From Polyangiaceae bacterium (GTDB taxonomy: Bacteria; Myxococcota_A; Polyangia; Polyangiales; Polyangiaceae), in assembly GCA_044376115.1 (NCBI GenBank), contig JBILLK010000006.1:320001-384000 (forward strand): a stretch of 64,000 bases of DNA. The letters run 5' to 3'. The notes below the pieces were generated by a model. The model was not told where the DNA came from and did not search any database. It saw only the letters and a list, made by a program, of their open reading frames with translations. This document shows, piece after piece, positions 7,759 to 18,700 of the stretch. Numbering within the stretch: position 1 is the stretch's first letter; every line of letters starts with the position of its first letter. Made by a program: the position numbers and the translations under genes.

Positions 7759-10700
7759 TCATCCGCCGAACAGCTTGCCCTTGAGCCGAGAGAGCAGCCC
7801 GCGGCTCTCTTTGTTGGGGCTCTGTGGCTCTGCATGGGTGCGCGTGGGATGGCTGGGCTGGACCGGTTCGGGGGCGCTTGTTTTGCCGGTTGTGTCAGCC
7901 TCCAACCCGGGCGCCGACGCGATCATCCCCGCCAATTGCTCCAAGCTGGAGAGCAGCAGCTCGCGGGGGGGAATGCGGATCCCCGTCTGCTTCTGCAGCT
8001 GGCCGATCACCACCATCGAGAGCAGCGAATGACCACCGAGCTCGAAGAAGTTATCCGAAGCCGATACCTGCTCGAGTTTGAGCACCTCTTTCCACACCGA
8101 GGCGATCAGTCGCTCGGCCGGCGTGTTGGGCAAGCGCTGCTCCTTCGTGTGAACTACACCTTGTGGCGCCGGCAGACCCTTCTTGTCGATCTTGCCGGCT
8201 GGGGTCAGCGGCAGGCTTGGCAGCTCGGTGAAATGCTGCGGGAGCATGTAGTCGGGCAGCTTTTGGCGGAGGTGTTTGCGTAGATCGCTCGCGGTAGGTG
8301 ATAGGCCGGTAACAGCATAGTAGGCGCAAAGCCGGGTATCCCCCGGTTGGTCTTCGCGGACGATCACTGCGCAGTTCTTGATGCTCTCGTAAGCGGCGAG
8401 CACCGTCTCGATCTCGCCTAGCTCAATGCGATAACCACGGACCTTGACCTGATGGTCGAGCCGGCGGTGATAGACAATTCGACCATCATCGCGGAAGGAG
8501 GCGAGGTCTCCCGTCTTGTACATGGTCGCGCCGGGCCGCGCGCTGAACGGGTCGGGGATGAAGCGCTCTTGCGTAAGTTCAGGTCGATTGAGATAGCCGA
8601 GGGCTACGCCCAATCCGCCAATCACGAGCTCTCCCGGGACGGCGACCGGCTGCGGCTCTCCGAGCGCGTCGAGAATGTAGATCTCGGTGTTGTCGATCGG
8701 CTTGCCGATGGTCAAGGGCTGGCCGTGCTCGAGCTTGTCGACGGTGGACCACACCGTGGTTTCGGTTGGGCCGTACATATTGAAGACTTGGTCGGATAGC
8801 GAAGTAAGCTGCGCCGCGAGATCGGCCGGGAAGGCCTCGCCACCGCACAGAATCTTGAAGGAGCGCGCAGGCGCAAAGCCGGCGTTGAGCAATAGCCGCC
8901 AGGTGGAGGGCGTGGCTTGCATGAAGGTCGCGTTGCTCTGTCTCAGCAGCTGCAATAGCTCGGCGCCGTCAGCGCTTTGGTCGGCGCTGGCGATCACGAC
9001 GGTGGCGCCGACTGCGAGGGGTAGATGCAGCTCGAGCCCTGCAATGTCGAAGGATAGGGTGGTTACTGCTACCAGGATGTCCTCGGCCTGGATGCCGGGG
9101 TAGCGCCGCATGGAGGCGATGAAGTTGAGGAAGGCTCGATGCGGAACTGCGACGCCTTTCGGCTTGCCCGTCGAGCCGGAGGTGTAAATCACGTAGGCGG
9201 CGCTGCTCCCGTCGCCAGCGGGGGCCGTGGGCGGAGCTGTGGGCTGGGCGTCGATGGTTGCCGCTTCACGATCGAGCAGGAGGACAGCGCAGCTCTCCGG
9301 CAGACTGGTGCGGAGATCGTTGTTGGAGATGACCAGGCGCGCCGCCGAGTCTTCGACCATATGAGCAATACGGTCTACTGGGTATTCGGGATCGATCGGA
9401 ACGTAGGCTGCGCCTACTCGCCAAATGGCGTGCAAACATGCCAGCATGTCCAGGCTGCGCGGTAGAAAGACGCCTACGAGTGCGAAAGCTCCAACGCCGT
9501 TGGCTGCGAGCGTATGAGCTAATTGATTGGCGCGCTGGTCGAGCTCCGCATAGGTCCACGCGCGCGCGCCGTGTCGAGCTGCTACTGCATTGGGCGTGAG
9601 AGCGGCCTGTGCCGAGAAGAGCTCACTGGCGAAGTTGTAGGGAGGTGGTGTTTGCGCCGTCGCGTTGAAGTCACGTAGGATGCGCTGCTGCTCCTCGGCC
9701 TCGAGCAACGGCAAGCGCGCGATCGGGATGTCCGCGCGGGACGGAATGGCGCGGAGCAGCGTCGCAAACTGCTGCAGCAGTCGCCCGATTTCTTGCGAAT
9801 CGAATAGGGCCGTCGGGTATTCGGCCGTAGCGAGCAGCCCCTCCGGATGGGCGCTCACCCAGAGCGATAAGTCCGTCCGTGCGACTTCGGCGGAGATCGT
9901 CTCGCGACCGACGATGCGCACGGCTCCGCTCGTCGCTACGCGCTTTGCCGACTCAGCGTCCTCAAAGGCGAAGATCGTTTGGAAGATCGGCGACCGGCTC
10001 AGATCCCGCTCGACCTGGAGCAGCTCCACGAGCCGCTCGAAGGGCACCGACTGATGCGCAAAGGCCTTGATGCAGCTCTCACGTGTGCGCCGCAAGACGT
10101 CCAAGAACGAAGGGTTACCAGCGGTGTCGATGCGGATGGCGACGGTGTTGGCGAAGAACCCCTGCAGCTTGAGCGTGTCCGCGTGCTCGCGATTGGCGAC
10201 CGGCGTACCGATGATGAAATCGCTCTGGCCGGTCAAGCGATGCAGCAATACCGCATAGGCACTTAGCAGCACCATGAACAGCGTGGACTCGTGCTTCTTC
10301 CCGACGGCTGCGAGGGACTCGATCAGCGCCGCAGGAAGCGGGAGCCTGCTCGTCGAGCCCTCGGTCGGAGCCATCGCCGGGCGCACCCGGGTGCTGGGAA
10401 GCTCGAGCACGGGCCTTGGTGCAGCCAACGCCGCTGTCCAGTGTTGCAGCGCGCTGGGGCTCTCCTCCGCAGCGCGCTGCCACGCGGCGTAATCGACATA
10501 TTGAATCGCCAACGGTTCGAGCGAAGCGTCTTCCCCGTTGAGCAAAGCCAATAGTTCGGCCTCCATCAGCTCCTGCGACCATCCGTCGGTGAGGACGTGG
10601 TGGGCTGCGAGTGCGAGGACGCTCTCTGCTGAGTCCGTTTGCACGTGGAGCGCGCGGATGAGCGGTCCACGCGTGAGATCGAACGGGCGGCGGGCTTCCT

Positions 10701-11241
10701 CCGACAAAAGCGCGCGCAGCTCTCGTTCCCGCGGTTCCGGTTCGAGCGCAGTTAGGTCCTTGTGCAAGAGGGGTAGCTCAAACTCGGCGGGGATGCGCAA
10801 AACCACCTCCCCATCACGTAGCTCGAGCGTGGAGCGCAGCACCGAGTGGCGCTGGGTCAGCTTGTTGAGCGCAGCGCGTAGCTGTTGCTCGGTGACAGCG
10901 CCGCGCAGCTCGAAGGCAACGGTCACGTTGTAGACCGCGAGCCCTGGCTCGAGCTGGTCCAGGTAGAAGAGCCGGCCTTGCCCGAACGAAGCAGGTCCAA
11001 TCAAGGCGCCGTCCTCGGCCTCGAGCAGCTCCGCGCGCGGAATGTTGGTGGGTGCCACCGCGCCCGCTTCAGCCAGCTCCAAAAAGCCGAGGATCTCCGC
11101 CTTACGCCTGCGCAGCTCATCCCCGAGCTCCGGGCTGAGCGCCCCTTTGGGGGCGTTGACGACGAGCTTGCCGCTTTCCGCCCGAAGCTCGATATCAAGC
11201 TCGCGCAGCCGGAAGAGTAAATCAGCGACAGTCATAAGCAC
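7759..11241 (-). CDS. NRPS: TubC-N-type docking domain - C - A (Gly-like code) - T, no thioesterase
   Basis: N-terminal LLFRLRELDIELRAESGKLVVNAPKGAL; C motif HHVLTDGWS; A motifs YTSGSTGKPKG, NMYGPTETT, YKTGD; T motif FFELGGHSL. Start could be ATG 11235. Confidence 0.95.
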   Translation of the reverse strand: MLMTVADLLFRLRELDIELRAESGKLVVNAPKGALSPELGDELRRRKAEILGFLELAEAGAVAPTNIPRAELLEAEDGALIGPASFGQGRLFYLDQLEPGLAVYNVTVAFELRGAVTEQQLRAALNKLTQRHSVLRSTLELRDGEVVLRIPAEFELPLLHKDLTALEPEPRERELRALLSEEARRPFDLTRGPLIRALHVQTDSAESVLALAAHHVLTDGWSQELMEAELLALLNGEDASLEPLAIQYVDYAAWQRAAEESPSALQHWTAALAAPRPVLELPSTRVRPAMAPTEGSTSRLPLPAALIESLAAVGKKHESTLFMVLLSAYAVLLHRLTGQSDFIIGTPVANREHADTLKLQGFFANTVAIRIDTAGNPSFLDVLRRTRESCIKAFAHQSVPFERLVELLQVERDLSRSPIFQTIFAFEDAESAKRVATSGAVRIVGRETISAEVARTDLSLWVSAHPEGLLATAEYPTALFDSQEIGRLLQQFATLLRAIPSRADIPIARLPLLEAEEQQRILRDFNATAQTPPPYNFASELFSAQAALTPNAVAARHGARAWTYAELDQRANQLAHTLAANGVGAFALVGVFLPRSLDMLACLHAIWRVGAAYVPIDPEYPVDRIAHMVEDSAARLVISNNDLRTSLPESCAVLLLDREAATIDAQPTAPPTAPAGDGSSAAYVIYTSGSTGKPKGVAVPHRAFLNFIASMRRYPGIQAEDILVAVTTLSFDIAGLELHLPLAVGATVVIASADQSADGAELLQLLRQSNATFMQATPSTWRLLLNAGFAPARSFKILCGGEAFPADLAAQLTSLSDQVFNMYGPTETTVWSTVDKLEHGQPLTIGKPIDNTEIYILDALGEPQPVAVPGELVIGGLGVALGYLNRPELTQERFIPDPFSARPGATMYKTGDLASFRDDGRIVYHRRLDHQVKVRGYRIELGEIETVLAAYESIKNCAVIVREDQPGDTRLCAYYAVTGLSPTASDLRKHLRQKLPDYMLPQHFTELPSLPLTPAGKIDKKGLPAPQGVVHTKEQRLPNTPAERLIASVWKEVLKLEQVSASDNFFELGGHSLLSMVVIGQLQKQTGIRIPPRELLLSSLEQLAGMIASAPGLEADTTGKTSAPEPVQPSHPTRTHAEPQSPNKESRGLLSRLKGKLFGG

Positions 11242-11281
11242 TCACAGTCGAAGGTTGCCAGAGGAAGCCCTGCTCCGTGGA

Positions 11282-12127
11282 TCACGTAGCTGCTTCACGC
11301 GGGGCACGACCAAACATCGGTTTGGGGCCCCAGAAGACGTAAAGCGCGATTGCCAGCACAAACTTGCAGACGACGAAGCCAATGTATTGAGCGTTGCCCC
11401 CGCGGAGGGGCAACACCGGCACGATTTGACTCGTGTAGGCGGTGGTCAATTGCATGATGAAGACCAGCAGCGCGCTCTTGGTGCGGTCATAGAGCCACGC
11501 GCAAATGGCGGCGATCAACATGAAGTTAGCGATCAGCGGAATGATCGGAAAGCCGGGCGCGACCTGGATCTCCGCTAGCACGATGGGGATGTACCAAACG
11601 CCCCAGAAGAAGCCGACGAACATCGAGCTCTGAAAGAGCCTGTAGCGCTTGGCGAAGAACGTGGTGAGAAAGCTCACCCACGCCAGCTCCTCGGACGCCG
11701 AGACCTCCACGTTGATGCGGAAGAACTCGAAATCGGCCACCGACTCGGTGTCGATCTCGATCACCTTGTTGAGCCCGATCACCCGCAGAATCCCCAGACT
11801 GATGAGCCCGACCACGCCGGGGTAGAGCAGCGCGAAGGCGTAGAACTTAGGGTGAACTCGATAGTTGGTAAACGACTTGAGGAGCTTCATCGCTTGCGCC
11901 TTGCCCATCGCAAGCCAAGCCACCGCGAGCGCCATCAGCGCAGGAATGAACGGACGCAGGATCGCAATCCCGTAGGTGCGTATGTCCCAATGGTGAGTTG
12001 CTGCAAGGATGACCTGCAGGATGTACGTGGGGATCAGGTAGCTGAAGAAGGGGCTAGCGATGGCAATGCGCTTCAGCAAGCCGGGGGCTTGGTTATTGAG
12101 AGCGGTGGGTTCAGTGACGTCAGCCAT
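11282..12127 (-). CDS. CPBP/CAAX protease (Abi) family membrane protein, catalytic motifs degenerate
   Basis: About 8 hydrophobic segments; SEELAW, FWGVWYIP and WLYDRTKSALL match the family layout (EExxWRG, WxxWH, WLYNxTxS). Confidence 0.75.
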   Translation of the reverse strand: MADVTEPTALNNQAPGLLKRIAIASPFFSYLIPTYILQVILAATHHWDIRTYGIAILRPFIPALMALAVAWLAMGKAQAMKLLKSFTNYRVHPKFYAFALLYPGVVGLISLGILRVIGLNKVIEIDTESVADFEFFRINVEVSASEELAWVSFLTTFFAKRYRLFQSSMFVGFFWGVWYIPIVLAEIQVAPGFPIIPLIANFMLIAAICAWLYDRTKSALLVFIMQLTTAYTSQIVPVLPLRGGNAQYIGFVVCKFVLAIALYVFWGPKPMFGRAPREAAT

Positions 12128-12761
12128 GGGACCTTCCCTCTACCATTGGATTCTCATTCCACGCCACCGCTCCAGCGAGTGAAGCGTGGCCGGCGTTGAT
12201 GCCAGTCAACTCGAGATCCTCAACCCAGCAAGCTGACTGCTTGGGGTGAGTGACCTTCACGGCTCCGTGGGGCGAGCCGACCGAAACCTCACGGGCGTCG
12301 AGCGTGAGCCCAGTGCCCCAAACCTTGAGCACCGCCTCTTTCCGCGTCCAAAGACGGTAGAAATTGCTCCTGGCTTCAAGCGGACTTGCGGCCCCGAGCA
12401 CGAACTCGAGCTCGAGCGGAGTAAAGACGGTTGGGGCCACCTCAAAGACGTTCACGCGGGGGTTGTCCTCTTCAATGTCGACGCCAACCTCGCGCTCCCA
12501 CGCGAGAGCTACGGCCACGTAGTCCCCGGAGTGTGAAACGTTGATGCCGACGGCTTGCGGATGGACGAGGTGCGGCTTGCCGAAGGGCCCCAGCCGAAAG
12601 CTGAAGCTCCTCCCATCCAAGCCGGTCTCTTCTTGCAACACGAAGCGGGCGAGGGCACGCGCTGCGAGGGTTCGCTCACGGTCGATGCTGAAGCGATACT
12701 TCTGGGCTGCTGCCCTCTCATCATCGGAGAGCAGCGCTGCGTACGTTCCGGCCTCAGCCAA
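12120..12761 (-). CDS. 4'-phosphopantetheinyl transferase (Sfp type)
   Basis: GPFGKP, INVSHS, VGVDIE, FYRLWTRKEAVLK; directly downstream of the megasynthase and overlaps the next gene by 8 nt. Exact start uncertain. Confidence 0.93.
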   Translation of the reverse strand: MAEAGTYAALLSDDERAAAQKYRFSIDRERTLAARALARFVLQEETGLDGRSFSFRLGPFGKPHLVHPQAVGINVSHSGDYVAVALAWEREVGVDIEEDNPRVNVFEVAPTVFTPLELEFVLGAASPLEARSNFYRLWTRKEAVLKVWGTGLTLDAREVSVGSPHGAVKVTHPKQSACWVEDLELTGINAGHASLAGAVAWNENPMVEGRSHG

Positions 12762-12784
12762 GCGCTTAACGACCCTGCGGCCTC

Positions 12785-15700
12785 TCAGAACGATACCTCC
12801 TCGCGCTCCCCGCTCTTATCGACGGACCCGCCGCTCCGTTGGTAGGCCAGGGCATCAATCCGCTCGGAGAGTCCTGCGACGGTCGGCGTAGAGAACAGGC
12901 TGCTGAGCGATAGCTCTGGCACCCCGAGGGACTCGCGCAAACGCACGATCAATTGAATGCCCATCAGCGAGTGGCCACCCAGCTCGAAGAAGCTGTCGTG
13001 CAGCGAAACGCGCGCCACCCCGAGGGCTTCGGCGAAGAGCTGAGCGACCTTGATACCGGTCTCGCTGGAGGGTGCCACGAAGGCGGGCTTGGTGGTGCCA
13101 GCTACCGTCGCCAGTTGGCCCTGCAGCGCCTTCTCATCGACCTTGCCGTTGTCGGTGAGCGGCAGCGACTCAAGCTCGACCATGGTTCCTGGCACCATGT
13201 ACTCGGGCAACTTGGAGTGCAGGTGTCGCCGAAGCTCGTCGACCAGGCTGCTCCCCGCCTTGAGCATGAGCGGCCTCTTCGGCACGATGAACGCGGTCAG
13301 CGTGCGGGTCTCTGCGCTGGTTCCAGAAGCTATCACCGCGGCGCCGGCGACCCATTCGGAGCTTCGCAATACCGACTCGATCTCACCGAGTTCGATGCGA
13401 TAGCCCCGAATCTTTACCTGCTTATCGACTCGGCCCAGGAACTCGAGCTCGCCGCTCGACCGGTACTTGACCAAGTCCCCAGTGCGATAGAGCGTTGCCC
13501 CCGACTCGAACGGGCTTTCGATGAAGCGCTCCCTCGTCAGTTCGGGCTGATTGAGGTAGCCGAGCCCAACTTGCGGCCCGCCAATGTAGAGTTCACCGCT
13601 GACGCCGATCGGAACGGGCTTCCGCCGGTCGTCGAGCACGTACAGCTTGGTCCCTGGTGCCGGCCGCCCAATCGGGATGGCCCCGTTTTGGGGTGAATCA
13701 GCGTTCACTAGGTGAATGCAGCAGCCCACCGTGGTCTCGGTGGGGCCGTACTCGTTCCAGATCTTCACGTTCGGGGCGTGGGCGCGGAAGGCCGCTACGT
13801 GTGCCGCCTCCAGCTGCTCACCGCCGACCACGAGCGTATGGGCACCGGTCGCCAGCGCCTCTTTGGGGAGCTCGGCGGCGAGAATGCCGAGGTGGGCCGG
13901 CGTGAGCTTGACCACGCTGAAACCGCCTGGGTCTCGCAGCACCTTGGCCAGCGCTGCCACGTCCTTGGTGTCAGAGAGCAGCTGAACGGTATTGCCTGCT
14001 GCGAGCGGCCCGAACAGCGACGTGATGGTCAGATCAAAGCCGATCGACGAGTGCACCGGCGAGCCTGTCCCGGACTTCATCTCGTATTGTGCGATAGCCC
14101 AGCTCAGATAGTGAGTTAGCGCGCGATGCGGGATCATCACCCCCTTGGGCTTTCCGGTGGAGCCCGAGGTGTACGCCACATAGGCAACCGTTTCCGGCGT
14201 GCAGCTGCGCCCCAGCGGTGAACTCGATTGAGCCTGCAGCAGCTCGGAGGCCTGGTCCACGTAGAACACCCTGCTCACCGCTAGCCCCTCCACCGCGGGG
14301 CTTTCGGTATGAGAGAGCAGGAGTTCGCAGCCTGCGTCGTCGAGCATGAAGCGCACGCGGTCTTCGGGCAGGGCAGGATCGATGGGGACGTAGGCGGCGC
14401 CGGTCTTGAGCACAGCAAGCAGCGAGATCACGAGCTCTGGCGTGCGCGGCAGGGAAACTCCGATGCGCTTTCCTTCGCTGGCTCCGCGGCCTGCGAGCAG
14501 GTGCGCGAGTTGGTTTGCGCGCTGCTCGAGCTCCCCGTAGGTCAGCGTCCTGTGGTCCCCGCGAACCGCGATGCTGAGCGGCGACCTGTCGGCATGCGTC
14601 TGAAACAGCTCATGCACGGGCAGCCCTGATGCGGCCACGGCTTGGGTTTGGTTCCAATCCACGAGCAATCGCTGCCGCTCGGATTCGCTCATCAGCGGCA
14701 GGTCGGCGCTCTTTTGGTTGGCATCTCGCACTGCCGCCTCCAGGAGCACGCGGTACTGCTCGAGCCGCCTTCGCACCGTCTCGCGATCGAAGAGATCCAG
14801 GTTGAAGGTGGCTTGCACCTCAACGCCAGTATTCGACTCCACCAGGTTGAAGAAGATGTCGAAGTTCTCGTAGCGCCGGGGCACCGACCCTACCGTGCAT
14901 TGCAGATCGTGGAAGCCGATGCCGAGCGAGTTGGGGTCGAGGTTGAAGGCAACGCTCATCAACGGCACGCGGCTCGGATCGCGCGGGACGGCCAGCTGCT
15001 TGATCAAGGTACCGAAGGTGAAGTTCTTGTACTCGAAGGCGTCGAACACTTTGCCGCGCACGTTCTTCACGTGATCGGCGAAGGACTGCTCGCGGTTGAG
15101 CTCGAGTCGCAGCGGAAGGAACTGCACGCAGTGGCCAACCAGCGCGCGCCCCTCCACGTCCGATTGGCCGGCGAGGGAGAAGCCAACGACGACGTCGGAT
15201 TGGCCCGACAAGCGTGCTAGCAACACATGAAAGCCAGCCAACACCCCCGCAAACAAGGTCGCACCCTGTTTGCCCGCCATCTTCTTTATCTCGGCGACGA
15301 ACGGCTCGTCGAACTTGAGGCTGATGCGGTCGGCGGCAAAGCTCTTCACGGCGGGACGCGGCCGGTCTGACGGCAGGTCCAACACCGGGATCGGTCGGCC
15401 TGCGTATTGCGAGACCCAATACGCCTCGGAGGTCTTGCGCTCTGCGCTTGCGGCTGCGCCCCGTTGTTGGTCGATCCACTCTGAGTAGGGCATCGCTGGC
15501 TCTAGTTCAGCCGGCTTGCCCTCGCACACCGACGCGTAGATCTTGCCGAGTTCGCGACAGATCACGCCGCACGACCAGCCGTCGGCGATCAGGTGATGTG
15601 CGGTAAGGATGATGAAGTGCTCGTCCGCCGCGAGCTTGACGAGCTGGGTGCGGAAGAGCGGGCCTTGCTCCAGATCGAACTCGACGGTCACTTCGCGTTG

Positions 15701-18700
15701 CTTGATCTCCTCGAGGCGCGCGTCGCGCTCCGCTGGGCTGAGCGAAGAGAGGTCGGTGAAGGGGAGCTTGACCTCGCCCGGTGGCATCAAGCGCTGGGTG
15801 AGGCCGTCCTGGTTGGGGACACAGCGCAACGCCTCATGCCGCTTGCTGAGCAGGTTGAGGGCGGTCTGCAGTTTGTCGAGCGCCAGCGCCCCCTTGAGTT
15901 GCAGCGTGCTTGCGAGATTGAAGGCGCAAGAAGCGTCGCTGCCGAAGCGAGTGGCGAGCCAGATCTCCTGTTGGCCCTCGCTCATCGCGATCTCTCGCGG
16001 TTCACGTTGGACCGGCGTGCCAGGCAAGAACCCGACGCGTTGCAAGACCTCGACACTCTCGCGCATGGCCGCTTCGATCTTGGCGAAGTCCTCGTCGGTG
16101 TGCGCCGTGGTGAAGAAGGCCGGGCGCCCCTCGTAGGTGAAGATGCCGCGGTTGTGCAGATGGTAGAAAAGCAGCTGGGAGTACTCTTGGAACGAGGTGA
16201 ACTTGAGCACGACGAAGCTCGAGAACCACTCCATCACGAGCGGCGCGCTGCACTCCTGGAAGTACTCGTTCATGCGCTGACCAAAGGCGGCCGTGCGCTT
16301 GCCTAGCTCCTCCTGCAGTGAAGGCCCTTGCTCCTTGAGGTAGGAGAGCGTCGCGTAGGCTGAGGCCATCGCTACAGGGTGACGTACGAAGGTCCCGGCG
16401 AACCAGGTCATGTCGGCTTCCGGAACCGAGTTGTCTCCGTATTGCCAATGCCCACCGTCGAGCGCGTCCATCAGCTTGGCTTTGCCCGCGACCACGCCGA
16501 TCGGGAACTCCCCACCGACGACTTTGCCGTAGGTCGCGAGATCGGCCCGGATGCCCCAGAGCGCTTGCATGCCGCCCGGGTGAGCGCGGAAGCCGGTCAC
16601 CATTTCATCGAACAAGAGGATGATGTTGAGCTCCTCGGTCAGGGCGCGGAGGGCGCGCACGAACTCGACCGGCTGCAAGTTCGGATTGCGGCTGCGAATC
16701 GGCTCCACCAGCACGATCGCCAGCTCGTCAGCGTGCTTGCGGATTGCGTCGAGCGACGCCATGTCCCCGTAGTTGAGCACCAGCGTCTTTTCGACGTGGC
16801 GCTGCGGGATGCCCGGCGCGATCGGTAGCGTGCGGCGCTTGCCCGCCATCATCGAGCCTTTGACCAACACCTCGTCGAAGATGCCGTGATAGTGGCCGGA
16901 GAAGGTGGCGATGCCGTCTTTGCCGGTGACGGTGCGGGCCAGCCGCAGGGCGGCGAGTACGGCCTCCGAGCCGGTATTGCAGAAGGCCGCTCGCTCATTG
17001 CCGGTCATTTCGCAGAAGAGTTTCGCCAGCTTGCCGGCCAAGTAGTTTTGCGGCCCGATCTCGACGCCCCGTTCGAGTTGCGCCTTCACGGCCTCACGAA
17101 TGAAGGGCGTGTTGTGGCCGAGGAAGGTCGCGCCGTAGCCGTTGACGAGATCGATGTACTCGTTGCCGTCGACGTCCCACATCTTCGAGCCTTCGCTCTT
17201 GGCGGCGACGATCGGAAAGACCATGTCCTTCCACTGCAACTTGAAGCCTTGGACCGTGCGCGGATCAGCGAAGTGACGCCGATGCTCCTGGGTCATTTGT
17301 TTGGAGGTGGGAGCCCGCGCGACGACCTTCGCAATTAGCTCATCGAGGTGAGCTTGTTGTTCCGGTGGTAGCGATGTGACGTCCGCGTTCTTCTCGACGG
17401 GCGCCCACGGAGACTCTTTGTTGGCCTTCTTTTCGGGCTCGGCCGGTGCCGCAGCCTTGGGCGCCGCGGCGGGAGCAGCCGCAACGGGAGCAGCGACTGG
17501 TGTTGAGGGGGCCGGTGTCGCCACCATGGTAGGAGCAGGCGGCTGTGCGACGATCGAAACAGCCGCGCTCGGTGCGCCGCGTAGGACCGCAAGCTGCTCC
17601 TGCATCACCGCTAGTTGGTTGGCGATCACCCGCTCGATCGCTGAGGCGGGTGCACCGGGGCCTGCGCCGACGAAGGGCAAGGCTGCCGGCGCGGTGGCGA
17701 ACGCAGCTGCCTGCGCCGGAGCGATCTCGACAGGTGCGCTCGGTGCCGTGGGGGCTGCTGCCGCGGCGGGCGCGGCCGGCGCCGCTACAGGCTCCGCTTG
17801 CGCCTCGGCGGGAAAGGCGTCCGCGGGCATCTGGCCGTCCAAAAACTCAGCCAACGGCAACACGCCCGGCGCCTTCTCCAGCAGCTGACGGACCGTGGTC
17901 TTTACGCCAAAGCGTTTGCGGAAAGAGCCGTTTGCCTGCGTCAAAAACAGCGAGTCGAAGCCGAGCTCGAGGAAGGTCGCGCGCGGGTCGATCTTGTCGG
18001 CCTCCATTCCGGAGAGGTCAGCGAGGATGCGAGCGATCTCGGTGGCAAGGCGGTCTTTGCGTGAACTCATGGGCATGACTCGGGCTGGAGGTGGGGGCGC
18101 GACAACAGCAGGAACGGCAACGGGAGGGCTAGGGGCGGGGCTGGCTTTGGCCGCCTCGAGCGGCGGTGGTAAGGGCGGTGGGATGGCGAGCATCGCGGGG
18201 GCCTTCGCAGCGCTCGCCGCGGTAGCCACGTAACGGCGCCGCTCGAACGGGTAGGTCGGCAGCGAGGTGCGGCGTGCGTTGGGCGCAAGAGCCGCATGGT
18301 CGATCTCGAGACCGGCGAGCCACAAGCGGCCCACCGTCTTCAGCAAGAAGCTGAGGTCGTCGACCGGCTCTTGTGGGTGCCGCACCGTCGACGTGACGAC
18401 GTGGCGCGCGCCTGGCGTCGCGAGACGCGGGTGGCTCTTGGCCAAGGTGGACAGCGTGCGGCCTGGCCCCACCTCGATCAGCGCTGTGCCCGGCGTCTCG
18501 AGCACCGCGTCGATGCCGTCCGCAAAGCGCACGGTGCTGCGTAGATGCGCGGCCCAGTAGTTCGGATCCTGCGCTTGCGCAGCGGTGATCCAGGTGCCGG
18601 TGACGTTGGATACGAAGGGCAGCGTAGGTGCGGCGAACTCGAGGGTTCGAAGGTACTCGAGGAACTCCGGCAAAATCGGCTCGACCAACTCGGAGTGCGC

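Noticed and set aside
11282..12127. Myxosortase processing the MYXO-CTERM proteins in this window
   Set aside because: Catalytic motifs are degenerate and the gene is embedded in the biosynthetic operon.
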